Assembly: GCF_964204645.1 (NCBI RefSeq)
Contig: NC_134030.1
Coordinates: forward strand, 12,607,947 to 12,671,946
DNA length: 64,000 nt
Reading direction: 5' to 3'
Source: Tubulanus polymorphus
Taxonomy: Eukaryota; Animalia; Nemertea
The translations under genes and the position numbers were made by a program. Below, in pieces: positions 54,201 to 63,556 of this stretch. Numbering within the stretch: position 1 is the stretch's first letter; the number at the start of each line of letters is the position of its first letter. A model generated the notes under the pieces. That model was not told the origin of the DNA. It searched no databases and saw only the letters and a program-made list of their open reading frames with translations.

Positions 54201-54873
54201 TTTCTGTAAAACTTTGAATACTGAATCATTCTTCTTCTACTGCGTCATGAAGGTATAAGGCCCGTGGGCCTCTTGTCAATTCAGAAAATACTGTAATCCT
54301 GCGAAATTAATAGCAAAATCCGGCCTATCAAATCCTTTAGTCTTTAATCCTTTAACCTTTGTTTATTTCAGAATTGTGGCAACCTATTACATTGATTGTG
54401 TCCCATTGCACCATCTATATATGTCACCAGAACTACCAGTGGCCAATGCCACGTTTGCAGGCTCTTGTTCATGCAGAACTCGCAAAAACACAGTTTGAAG
54501 TTAAATCTAAACAAGTTATCAATGAAATTGAATGCTTAGTAAGTAAATGGTGTAGTTAATTCTTGATATTTAATCTCAAATATTAACTAATCTGATATTG
54601 ATTTGATTTGTTTTGCAGGAAATTTATGATATATGTCCTACACATGTCAAAATAGTCTTCTTCAATGAAGATGGAATGAAGGACCCTGAGAGCTGGGACA
54701 TAGCTATGGAAACTGAGCAGTCTCGTGATCAATTGATACATGCTCTCTCAAAACCCTGGCAGGATGATTTTGGCGTTGCATTATCAATAAACCAATCAAA
54801 GGAAATTCCATGTAATGTGCAAACAAATTTTTCTATTGTGGCAGCTCAACCATTCTTTGGCTTTGGGAAATAG
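5105..54873 (+). CDS. STK11IP: Serine/threonine kinase 11-interacting protein (LKB1-interacting protein 1) homolog, 19 coding exons, about 1487 aa
   Basis: Exons: 5105-5162, 5236-5468, 5891-6166, 7813-7884, 13449-13682, 16989-17075, 31083-31124, 31207-31471, 32318-32553, 32660-32762, 37509-37867, 38188-38251, 38340-38535, 43713-45057, 45164-45261, 48676-48854, 52088-52282, 54372-54538, 54619-54873. All GT-AG, phases consistent, total 4464 nt. Motifs LANLLRTSGD, ACGGDMCSAHMW, the LRRs, NPLAYHANHR...QYLSP, CLKC...CPHC and VDHRIMLWL match STK11IP as I recall it. Confidence 0.93.
5236..5468 (+). CDS. STK11IP: STK11IP exon 2
   Basis: DWILEEGVKLSL...FIPKISALK; tgcag/gttagc. Confidence 0.9.
5891..6166 (+). 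CDS. STK11IP: STK11IP exon 3
   Basis: VIHG...ACGGDMCSAHMWPKL...LDGSF. Confidence 0.92.
6204..6431. mobile_element. CAG-terminal MITE with 6-bp TSD
   Basis: TIR caggggtggatc / gatccgcccctg; gtcaca duplicated at 6198-6203 and 6432-6437. Confidence 0.8.
7813..7884 (+). CDS. STK11IP: STK11IP exon 4 (LRR)
   Basis: RLLPAVKTLDLSQNMLRNTENYLE. Confidence 0.9.
7971..8851 (+). mobile_element. HINE family E, complete copy
   Basis: 5' aggccagccgtaggccgagcct; 3' ggctggcc plus hairpin gccccttggggc and tcttgt; related copies at ~13845-14190, ~14870-14960, ~15730-16570, ~46090-46400. Confidence 0.7.
9323..9953. mobile_element. foldback MITE with CA...TG ends and 7-bp TSD (P-element-like)
   Basis: TIR cacaggcacttgaatatgggctttga; inner inverted repeat 9473-9533 / 9760-9821; ctcatac duplicated here and single in the paralogue near 10748. 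Confidence 0.8.
11079..11632. mobile_element. PIF/Harbinger-type MITE
   Basis: TIR ggccatcccaaaataat; TTA TSD; empty site atgaattttatttgaat at ~10301 and ~18113. Confidence 0.85.
13449..13682 (+). CDS. STK11IP: STK11IP exon 5 (LRRs)
   Basis: NLTNLHYVNLSCNRL...LVELDLSGNCL. Confidence 0.92.
14215..14868 (+). repeat. HINE family C 3' half with ~153-bp tandem monomers
   Basis: gcatattttg recurs at 14221, 14374, 14528 and 14681; family C 3' end follows. Confidence 0.8.
16989..17075 (+). CDS. STK11IP: STK11IP exon 6 (LRR cap)
   Basis: LNLRENPLAYHANHRLLTVQYLSPVAAKE. Confidence 0.9.
17502..18372 (+). mobile_element. HINE family F, 3' part
   Basis: Ends gtaaaccacac plus hairpin ttgcccatgggcaa; direct repeat of 10455-11918. 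Confidence 0.7.
18927..20287 (+). mobile_element. HINE family F, near-complete copy lacking the 3' hairpin
   Basis: 5' tgtggttttac...aaacca complements the 3' gtaaaccaca; the body matches the other copies. Confidence 0.6.
21225..21827. repeat. long imperfect foldback with an 88-bp tandem duplication in the right arm
   Basis: 21225-21420 is the reverse complement of about 21505-21705; 21654-21739 is repeated at 21742-21827. Confidence 0.7.
22960..23265 (-). pseudogene. non-LTR (CR1/L2-like) reverse transcriptase fragment
   Basis: Minus strand gives FMDFEKAFDKVQHQRLLNKL and SGVTQGSILSRLLFTILIDD; second copy on the plus strand at ~55965-56250. Confidence 0.8.
23657..26380 (+). pseudogene. DIRS gag-like ORF1, interrupted by a HINE
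   Basis: N-terminal CGH*...DDHVSCASCR...CSRSNPCKICEVW Cys/His finger; low-complexity region and C-terminal part resume after 25235. Confidence 0.75.
23881..25233 (+). mobile_element. HINE (family B-related) inserted in DIRS gag
   Basis: 5' tagggtttctgctgcctcggcagaaacccta; 3' gcagaaaccc plus gctgcttgcagc. Confidence 0.8.
26400..28260 (+). pseudogene. DIRS pol: reverse transcriptase, RNase H and methyltransferase-like domain
   Basis: DLKDAYFQVPIHP, LPFGLSTA, YLDDWL (after an in-frame TGA at 26961-26963), DASHQGWG, HINILEM, TDN, ADALSR, DLFATRFN, DAFSLDW, YAFPP, VAPCWPAQKWF. Confidence 0.93.
28240..29295 (+). pseudogene. DIRS tyrosine recombinase core
   Basis: STSTIYDAKW, GYRSAIS, PPWD, ARRSEIHAL, FLAKNQ, HQVRSMATS, FTSFYIRD (R-HxxR-Y residues); contains stops and frameshifts. 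Confidence 0.92.
29538..29635. repeat. DIRS internal complementary region (ICR)
   Basis: 29538-29577 is complementary to the left terminus 23312-23351; 29578-29635 is complementary to the right terminus 29770-29827. Confidence 0.95.
31083..31124 (+). CDS. STK11IP: STK11IP exon 7
   Basis: IVFDGILISPAELM; gtgagt donor. Confidence 0.85.
31207..31471 (+). CDS. STK11IP: STK11IP exon 8
   Basis: Open frame with basic patch RRKTKVKKKARKIAI; phase-1 end. Confidence 0.82.
32318..32553 (+). CDS. STK11IP: STK11IP exon 9
   Basis: REQYETSRKQLGPRWL. Confidence 0.85.
32660..32762 (+). CDS. STK11IP: STK11IP exon 10
   Basis: Open frame, phase 0 to 1, bridges exons 9 and 11; gtaagt donor. Confidence 0.75.
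34186..34706. repeat. foldback element with ~95-bp inverted arms and an internal hairpin
   Basis: 34190-34282 versus 34614-34704; inner hairpin 34537-34604. Confidence 0.75.
34717..35613. mobile_element. CAG-terminal MITE with 6-bp TSD
   Basis: TIR cagtgttgccag / ctggcaacactg; ttatct duplicated. Confidence 0.85.
37509..37867 (+). CDS. STK11IP: STK11IP exon 11
   Basis: FLVVGTQFLWEKDL...LTFDYCKKSRQERKYIME. Confidence 0.88.
38188..38251 (+). CDS. STK11IP: STK11IP exon 12 (first CxxC)
   Basis: CLKCQRNF. Confidence 0.85.
38340..38535 (+). CDS. STK11IP: STK11IP exon 13 (second CxxC)
   Basis: CPHCDSSMLIEL. Confidence 0.85.
39141..42005 (+). mobile_element. HINE nested in family A copy
   Basis: 5' hairpin gatgggtttc...gaacccatc plus (gtct)n; 3' gaaacccatc plus short hairpin. 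Confidence 0.7.
40088..41744 (+). mobile_element. HINE family A inner copy (146-bp monomers with AT palindrome)
   Basis: 5' hairpin, (cgtc)n, monomers at 40236, 40382, 40528, 40674 and onward; 3' cagcggagctatataagccgacaggcttcttgtt. Confidence 0.85.
42512..43245. mobile_element. CAG-terminal MITE with 6-bp TSD
   Basis: TIR cagagatgagaa / ttctcatccctg; atataa duplicated here and single in the intact end at 41721-41726. Confidence 0.85.
43713..45057 (+). CDS. STK11IP: STK11IP exon 14 (1345 nt, acidic Ser/Thr-rich linker)
   Basis: Long open frame ending VDHRIMLWLTMKVF...LLR; phases 2 and 0 fit its neighbours. Confidence 0.9.
45164..45261 (+). CDS. STK11IP: STK11IP exon 15
   Basis: CGIVQYMNPDEFQGLLIVSNKKLYIVRI. 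Confidence 0.85.
45437..45557. repeat. 59-bp tandem duplication within a degraded family C 5' fragment
   Basis: aaaagtcactttgtgtaattcgtgcaaatccactgagattaaacttgaaaatatccac occurs twice. Confidence 0.85.
47248..47309. repeat. 15-bp minisatellite, four units
   Basis: (acctctggcattwtt)-like units. Confidence 0.75.
48676..48854 (+). CDS. STK11IP: STK11IP exon 16 (PH-like)
   Basis: VDVGYGHQSFRLEF...YTFIIRDHGRCKKF. Confidence 0.88.
48962..50775 (+). mobile_element. HINE family D, 5' part
   Basis: 5' hairpin accttcatgacgtagtcatgaaggt (also at 4231); body shared with 53730-54045. Confidence 0.65.
50042..50662. mobile_element. Kolobok-type MITE
   Basis: TTAA TSD; AG-start TIR agagcaaatgccatc / gatggcatttgccct; empty site ctttaaagaaagg at ~53933. 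Confidence 0.8.
52088..52282 (+). CDS. STK11IP: STK11IP exon 17
   Basis: Open frame, phase 1/1, tttag...gtaagt. Confidence 0.82.
53730..54276 (+). mobile_element. HINE family D, 3' part
   Basis: Ends gtcatgaaggt plus hairpin aggcccgtgggcct and cttgt (also at 12103-12137). Confidence 0.7.
54372..54538 (+). CDS. STK11IP: STK11IP exon 18
   Basis: PITLIVSHCTIYICHQNYQWP. Confidence 0.85.
54619..54873 (+). CDS. STK11IP: STK11IP terminal coding exon
   Basis: LIHALSKPWQDDFGVAL; stop TAG at 54871-54873. Confidence 0.88.
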   Translation, partial: EIYDICPTHVKIVFFNEDGMKDPESWDIAMETEQSRDQLIHALSKPWQDDFGVALSINQSKEIPCNVQTNFSIVAAQPFFGFGK

Positions 54874-55910
54874 ATGAATGATAAATCCTGGCTTTGAATT
54901 AGTCCCTTATTACTCAAGACTTGAGTTATGTAGATACATGGTACTACCCAGACATCAAATACCATGATGTAATGATTAATAGGCATTTTATTTTCCTGTG
55001 AAGCAACATGATAAACATGTATAAGTTATGCTCTGTTTAAACACATTGCCAAAAACAAATTAAAAAGATGTGCATCAATTTCATTTTAATTGCCCCAGTG
55101 AGTAGCCATAAAACAATCGTAAAACAATATGGGCATACGACACAAGCCCTTTAGGTGAAAATATGCTGAGATTTTGCATTGAAGATAGTGCGAGACAAAT
55201 GACCTTGTTTTGGTTACTTTTTTTCAATACATGTACTTGCATTTCAGGGACATATTTTCTAGTTTTCTCTACTAGCTGTTGCTTATTCAAGAATTTCTTA
55301 AAAATCTAATGAGTAGATGTTAGAAAGTAACTTCAAGTAAGTGGTCCGATTTGCCACCCATTAACACTTGAAAAAATTAGAAATGAACAAAGATTTCTAT
55401 GCAAAATTCGCTGAATTCACAATGTGGCATGGGTGCTATGATTTTTCATTGGAAATATTAACTTTATGACTAATATATGGTTACGTGGTGTGGTTTGATC
55501 GATAAAATGCTGTCCTACAAACAGGTTTTTCACTGTACATGTATAAAGTAAACCCCCTGCTTGACCGTACTGTATTTGGTCATGTTGGAAGTGCAGCGGA
55601 AAAAGCTGCAGCAATAATTTACTGAATGACATTTATTTCTTTGAATACCATCTTTTTGACACAATTGAAGTAAATTCTCCTCAACAACATTCATTTGGTC
55701 CGCAAAAATGTCAAAATTTTTTTTACGTACATAAATACACAGGACGGCATTCAGTATCCTAGTTTAATGTTGTCTGGCCAGCTGTTTGCACATGTGTCTG
55801 GCACTGTACTACTGTTTTGACTACGGTGTAGAACCTGATATGATGGAATTGATACGAAACTGTTCGATGTGCCGCACTTAAGCTGCTTCAGCATACAGTC
55901 ATAATCTAAA

Positions 55911-57944
55911 ATATAGCTGCAAAGCAGCGATAAAGGGTTTTCTGCACAGTCTTAAAATCCTGCTCAACGGTGGATTTCGACAAAGGATTTGATAAGGCAC
56001 AACATCGGCTATTAGGAAGCAGTATCAATGATAGGTCGCTAAAATGGCTCACAAGTTATCTCTGAACGAAAACTTGTAGCCGAAATCAACGGAACGCCTC
56101 ATCTTGGAAATAAGTCGGTCTAACTAGTGGAGTCACGCAAGGTAGTATCCTTAGTCGTCTTCTGTTTAATGTCCTGACAAATGACATACACAGTAATCCA
56201 AAATATACCAGACCGAGTAAATCTCCAAAACGACCTTAACACGCTGTTTGACCAAAAAACTTAATGTTCCGACAAGAAAATCTTGTTCGAATGAAAACAA
56301 TTCGTTTGTTATGTTATTGTTGAAATGAAAAACAAATTTGGTTGAGTGAAAACAATTTTTCGAATGAATGTTGAATGAAAACAATTCTGTTCGATTGAAC
56401 GAAATACTTAATACTTTTGGTTCGGAAAAAAAAACTTTACAATATCCTTGTTTGAATGAAAAACTTAATGTTCTGACAAGAAAATTCTGTTCAGATTAAA
56501 ATGATTCTGTTCGATCAAACGATTGTTCGAACGAAAAACCTTTCGTTTGGACAAAAAAAAAGTTTCTTCAACTTTGTTCTAATGATTTTTTCAAATTGGT
56601 TCAATCGAACAGAATATTATTGGTTCGAACGAAATAAATTTTGTTCCGACGAAAGAATTTTCAAGCGAAAGGTCTTTTAGTTGACAAACATTTTTCGTTT
56701 GAAATATTGCATAGCTTTTTATTTGAACCAATTTTTTTGTTGGAACGAAAGGTTTTTCGTATGAACAAAAAGGATATTGTTTGATTGAACAGAATTGTTT
56801 TCGTTCGAACAAAATTGTTTTCGCTCAACAAATTTTTTTTGTCGGGACAAACATTTTTCGTTCGAACAATAACAGGTTTTTATTCAAATTTTTTTGTCAG
56901 AACAAAAAGTTTTTGTCAGAGCAAAAAGTATATTGTTCAATCGTACAGAATTGTTCTCATTCAACAATTTGTTCAAACAAAATAGTTTTCCCTCAACAAA
57001 TTGTTTTGGTGGGGACAAAAAGTTTTCTTTTGAACAATACTATGGCACTTTATTTGATCAAATATTTATTTAAAAACGAAAAGTTTTTGTTCGAACAAAC
57101 AGTACATTGGTCGATCGAACAGAATTGTTTTCATTCGAACAAATTGTTTTTGCTCAACAAATTTCTTTTGTCGGGACAAACAGTTTTTCCTTTGAACAAT
57201 AACAAAGCGTTTTATTCTTACAAATTTTTTGGCAAAACAAATAGTTTTTCGTCTCAAGCTAAAATTTAAATTATAATGTCCAATCAGACAGAATTGTTTT
57301 CATTCGAAAAAAATTTTCATGTCGGAACAAGTATATTATAACAAGCGTTTTTCATTCCAAAGATCTTCGTGGAACTAAATGCTCTTTTCATTATAATGAG
57401 TAATCGTCATTTGAACAAAATAATCTTCTCGAACACAAAGGTATAATATGAACCTAGGTTTTCTTCGTATCCAATATAAAAACCGACAGTAGTTCTGTAG
57501 AAACAGTTTATTTCCTAACAGTTACGCGGTTAAAACTAAACCTCATTATTCATTAATTCTGAGATTTATCACTGAGATTTATCAGTTCACTACAGTCATC
57601 CATATCATGCCTTTTTAGGTTAAATTTTCTGGCCTTTTCATCATTCATGTTTCTGAACCATGGTTACATGAACCAAGATGAGACAGTTCCGTCGATTCTC
57701 AAGAGTCAAATAACCACCCGGTCCAGTCATCCATGGTTTCAAGTAGGCCTAATTGACTGTTTGTAGACCTTCCTTTTATAAAACCGTGTTTACCGTTGAA
57801 CAAGATTCTAAATTCCCTTTATTTTCACTAGCATGGTGCGGCTGCGGTTGCATACACGCGATCGTGGTCGACAGTGGCCAGACACAAACAAGAATACGAA
57901 CAAGGTTGTGCAGAAAACCTGTTATCGCTGCTTTGCAGCTATAT
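55911..57944. mobile_element. inverted fusion of two HINE family B 3' halves around a gttcgaacaa-type satellite
   Basis: The 3' end sequence appears at both borders in opposite orientation; orientation switches near 56690. Confidence 0.75.
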
Positions 57945-58444
57945 TTTTTATTTTCTTCCCGCCGCCGCAATCATTTCAAGCCCGTCAAATATGTAATCCA
58001 ACTTATTGTAAAAGAACGGCCTTAGAATCTGTCAAAAATCAGCATTTGGTCACGCCAATTAAAGATTGCTTGTAAAAGGTCCATGAATTGAATCAATTTT
58101 GATATGGTTGTCAAAACACTGTCATATGTGCAATAATCTGTAATTAGTTTGTGGCTGAAGTCATTAAGTATTAAACTATTTACTATTATGTTAATATACA
58201 TACATGCCAACCCCATACGATTCCTCCATACTCGTAACATTTTCTTCCCTAAAAAAAAAGCTCATCAGTATAGCAGTTTGGTATATAACTACGTTTTTCT
58301 CTTAAATCAGCAAAATACAATTTTTTCAAGAGAAAATATCAAGAAATTTCAAAGCTACGATTTTGTATTGGCTAATAGGATACTTAAGTTTTAATGATGA
58401 TATTTTAACTGTATATAACTAATATCGGCCCGTTTGAGAAAAGT

Positions 58445-61400
58445 AGCTAGCAGCTACGACCATGGCCTCCAACTCCAGCTTTGGAGTCGTCCACCCATCT
58501 TTTGCCTTGGAAACAATTTTTTGAGCCAAGAAGCTTTACATTGTGATTTAGTTTTGCATACGTCACAAACCCAAGTGCTGTTTTAGGCGTGGTATCAGAG
58601 AATATCATGAGTTGTATGGGCTGGTTCGCATCGAATCCCAGCCATCTGGAAAATTCGATTGTGTGTGTTTTCATATGCGTAATTTGGAGCAATGAATCCA
58701 CATGGGTCGAATATTGAGGCCATTTGAAAAATTGCAGTACGCTTTATTTTTTTCTCATCGCTGAGCGTTTTCTCGGATACAGACATCTTGTATATGTTTA
58801 CATTCCAGGTCATTCCTAGAACTGGCGCAGTTTGTTTCTGTGCTTGTCCCTACATCATCTAGTTTCACTTGTTTGTTTATGGTTTATGTTTGAAGACCAT
58901 TGTCTCAATGTAAAGTTCGCTTTTGCAAGACCTCTAGAGATTCCTTGTACATGTAGTACTGCATTGCGTCACGTTCCCTGTCGACGGACGTCAGCAGATT
59001 GTCAACGTAGAATTTAGAAATCCTATCAGAGGTAACCCACGAATCGGGGTGCATGTTTAAGTGGTCAAAGAGCACAGCAGCAAGAGTAAAGGGGCTTGAT
59101 GTTGAGCCGAAAATTATTGTGTTATGTTGATCATTGATTTGTGTATTAGGATCATTGTCCTTAAACCAGAAAAATCTTACAAAGCATCCATCTGGTTCCT
59201 GTAGTTCGATTGATAGAAATGTGTGGGCTTTATCGGCTGAAAGCGCGATCTTGCCCGTTCTGAATTGCATTATTAGTTTCACTAAGTCTACCAACAGGTT
59301 TGGTCCCTGCTATACACAATCATTCAATAATGGTATGCCTGCACTGGCATCAAATATGATTCGTAATGGTGTGGTAGAGCTCTTTTCAATACGAAAAAAT
59401 GAGGCAAATCATTGCAATCTGCATCGCCAAATACTGTTTCCCGATCTTTTAATTCCGTCACTGTTTGATTGTTGATGTATTCTTGCATGACCTACCTTTC
59501 GATAGGGTTCAAGCGATTAATAACCTGCTGCGATCTTTGTTGAGACTGATGTAGGTTGTTTAGAAGTTCCCTCATGTGGTCCTGACCCAATAACAGCCAT
59601 CTTTGTATTGAATGTTAGGCTGGTATACTTTTAAGAATGAATCGATAGAGAGTTTTCGTTGCAAGGTGTTGATATACAGCTACGCGGTGTTTCATATAGT
59701 CATTGAGGGTTGTGTCATCGAAAATTAGATTATCAATGTGATTTTCTGTTTGCGGTGCAGCTAAACAATGGGTATTGGTATTCGAGTAATTTTCTAATGG
59801 TCCAAAAACAAAACAGCCTAAATTTGAATGTTGTACGAATGGACCCCCTGAAATTTTATCTATGGGGTTTTCCAAGAACAAGTACAGATGGAAACAACTG
59901 ATCAAAATATCTATGATAAATCTTTTTGATTCAAATTCATCCGCTTATGGTGAAGTGGCCTCTTCTTTGTAATCTTAGCAGTCTGACCAATGCTCGCAAT
60001 GTATATATAGGTTTGACAACAGGTCTAACAGGACGTTGGCCTGTTCAAAAGATTTTGTAATGGTTTTTTCAAGAGAGGTCTGACCCGTTTCCAACACGAG
60101 CAGCAATTGTACTTACCTAGACAGGATTTCTGAGTTGAGTCCCATATTTTCTGTTATTTCGTTCGAATGTTCGTATAAGTCCGATTGTTTCGTATTAGTT
60201 CCATTACCAAGTTATTTTCAATTCCAGAGTTATAGCAGATTTGATGTCGTTCCATTACATGTTGACACTCAAAGATCATGCATCCGGTAGTCAGTTTCGT
60301 TGATTGTTGTTCTCGATGAAGTCAGGTGTGGTGCACTCTACCACAGACCTGACAAGGACCTGAGTTGCGGCACCTTTGGGCATAGTGTACCGTTTTTAAA
60401 CAGTTTGTACATAACTGTCTTTCCCATTTTATCTTTTCGCGTTTGTGGACTGTGTCCTGACTGGCAAACCATACATGAACTACGAAGAACGTGTTTCAGT
60501 GAGCAATATAGTATGAGTGGACACTCGGATTTATTCTGTACACAATTTATTGTTGATCAAATTATGGTAGGATAAGTACTGACAGGAAATGGTATTCATT
60601 CGTGATTTGTACTTTAGAAACATAATACATGTGTTGAATGCCATGGATTACTGATAATGATAATACTCGTGACATGAGTCGTGACACTCCGGATGGCAAA
60701 ATACTGTAACGAGACTAATTAACAAATATTAAGACATGTACATAACAATCAATCAACAACAATCATAATATCAATCATCATCATGCATCAAGTTTCATCA
60801 AATCTGAGCGTCTCTAGCCGCTTCACGTAGTGGGTGCATATCTTTCTTAATGCTAACCGTATCATGTAAGATATCAGATTCGGTTTCCATAACTGCACAA
60901 TTCAACACTTATGGTACAATTTTGATAACGGACGGTTGCTTATACCATTTGCTGTTTTGATTGTAACTGACCGCACTTTCTGGTCAGAACCCCTTGCCAG
61001 ATGGTGCACATACCCTATCTTCCACCTGAAATGGGGCAGATTTTCCTGTTGTTCCAAGCATTCTCTTAGTCTAAGCAAATATTCATTTTGCCAACGTGAC
61101 CAAAAACGTACTAAGAGACGATTCAAATAGAAGTAACCTATTGTAAGAATATTGTAATCTGAGTAAATCGAATCACCGTTCAGATTTTTAATTGGAAATA
61201 ATTTGGATAGAGCAGTGAAGCGCCGTCCACGCAGGAGATGTGACGCGGTGAGTACCTCGTCTTCAAAGTCAACCGATATATAAGTCAATGGACGATCATT
61301 CAAGCAAGCTTCAATTTCACATAGAACAGTTCGTAATTCTATTTCACTAATGCTTGATCTGCCAAGAGTCTTTTTCAAACAATTTTTTGCCAAACCTACT

Positions 61401-62400
61401 ATTCGCTCCCAGAATCCTCTGTGCCAAGGAGCAGCCTTAGAAATAAATTTCCATTCAACGTTTCGATGTGAAAGGAACTGATGAAGTTTTGTTTCTTTTT
61501 GCAAACGTCGATGATTCACAGTCGGTGGCAACAAAAGGCGATTGATTATCAGATTTCAGCATCCTTGGCACGGAACATCTGGTAGCGAAATGTCTGAAAC
61601 AATAAAGAAGGAAAATCTTGGACAAATTCTCTTGGACAGAACTGTTCACAAGTTCAATATGTATAGCGCAGGAAACCGCACACGTAAATAAACAAATCCA
61701 AATTTACTGATCACCCTTGACAATAAAGGGTCCACAATAATCTAGACTACATAAGTAAAGGCAGGTAGTTAAGATACCCGACACAATGGTAATGATGGTG
61801 CATCGGATCTTTTATAAAGGAGAGCTTAAATTCTACGACACGTAATACAACTTCGCAACAGTGACTTGACAAATTGACGAATTTGAGGTATCCAAAATTT
61901 CTCCCTGTTTTTTGCAACAGTCTACGAAACCCCGAGATGAAATACATTTGAGTGGGCGTTTCTAGAGATTAACTCAGCCAAGCAATTAAATTTTGGAACA
62001 AGCGCCGGAAATTTCGAATCGTAGGGCAACGAAGCATTCTTTAAACGACCCTTGCACTGTATGACATGGTTCTTATCAAGAAATAATTGTAGTTGCTTCA
62101 CTACTAAGGGTAGACGCTTATGGATTCCCTAGACAAAGATTTGATAACGTCTTAATAATATATACTCTGATAATGTTGAATCCACTTACGTTGAGCTTCG
62201 CTGATTTCAGAAGCTCCAATTGGCTTGAAATTACGTTGACCAATCGAACACTTAAAATTCTTGATGAATCTACATACTAGAGCCGTAATTCATAGGAGAT
62301 GACTCAATGAAGAGAAACTGTCAATATCAATTAATATTTCCGATTGAACTATCATTTTCTGGCCACATGTTGTTGATCGCAGTAAGGACAGGTTGTTCGC
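58445..62400 (-). mobile_element. decayed BEL/Pao LTR retrotransposon sequence
   Basis: Integrase (DYCGPF, WICLFTCAVSCAIHIELV, AAPWHRGFWERIVG, LNDRPL, FWSRWQNEYL); gag knuckles (LCTNCL...H...C...CQVC...HHT*LH); RT (FGSTSSPF, FYVDNLL); Pao RNase H region (ASIFDPCGFIAP, QLMIFSD, PKLELEA). Confidence 0.9.
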
Positions 62401-62763
62401 CAGGCCACACCGATGAAATTGCCTGTTGTTGAACTGCCTGGTGCTGATGTTTTCGATGGTACGTTTCTGACGTGTTCTCTCCAGTATTATCAAGATTTTG
62501 TGTGAATGATTTCAGGAATTTTTTTGACTCGAAACAGTCACCCTGTCCTGAGGTGCCTAGCTTTTCGAGAATACTATAATAACATTATGGCAACTCTCTT
62601 AAGCTGGTATGATGAACAGTGCACAAGATTCTGTGTCGACACCGAGGTGTGACAGCGAACGTCCATTCGTTTCATGAATTGTGATAACGCATAATGGTTC
62701 AAGGTTGTTGGTGGTAGATCGTAGATATCCTGAAAGTGGGCCCATATGATACGTCGTAAATAT

Positions 62764-63556
62764 AGGCCTACGGGATATCGACAAATTCAAATTCTTGATT
62801 TACTCGTTTGATGGCGCTAGTCAGAACCGGAAATTGGAACCTAAATCCACCATGTTTTAGTTCATTTGCAATGAAAATCTCTCGCTTCACGTTTTCAATG
62901 AGCGATATTCTACTTACTATATATCGTCACGCGTAATCCTTTCAATATGATCATAAAACTTTGAAACGTATCTCACTAGCGCGTGTACGAATCTATTTTT
63001 TCAAGTGGCCTTCAAATGAAAGTTATTATTTAAGTAACTTAATGTATCATGAATAATCATTACAGCTATTATAGCAGAAGATGAGCACTGTGTTTTCTGT
63101 TCGTAGAATTTGTGATAAAATATTGCGGATTAATATTTCTTGTGAACTGAAATTACTAATTATAACAAACTATACCTGCTCGATGTATTCAATATTCTAG
63201 TGCTAAAATCGGGGGTAGAAAACTTCAGTTATACGCTGGTTTTTATGGTAAGTTAATGTCCATGGCTACATCAGAAGAGGTTGCGAAGACCACCTCAGCC
63301 ACCCTCTGATCGGTAATACGAGAAATTTTTTTTTCCAAATAAGTTTTTTCCCTACCTACCTACCCTACCAAATTTTTGACATGAACCGTAAAGAAAGGTA
63401 TATTTTTGGCCTTCTTTGACTACAAAATAATTCTTTTAAAAAGATAGGATACAATATAAGAATTTTCTTAACTTAAACTTATTTAAATCAAAAAGATTTC
63501 TTGGCAAACAAGCCTCAGCTCAGAAGATAAACCACTTTACCCACGGGGCAATTTAG
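62764..63556 (+). mobile_element. diverged HINE family F copy
   Basis: Matches 9045-9185 and 10820-11918; ends ataaaccactttacccacggggcaa. Confidence 0.6.

Noticed and set aside
56781-57269. 162-aa ORF and neighbouring F/K/N-rich ORFs (also 22453-22750)
   Set aside because: These are translations of a degenerate satellite.
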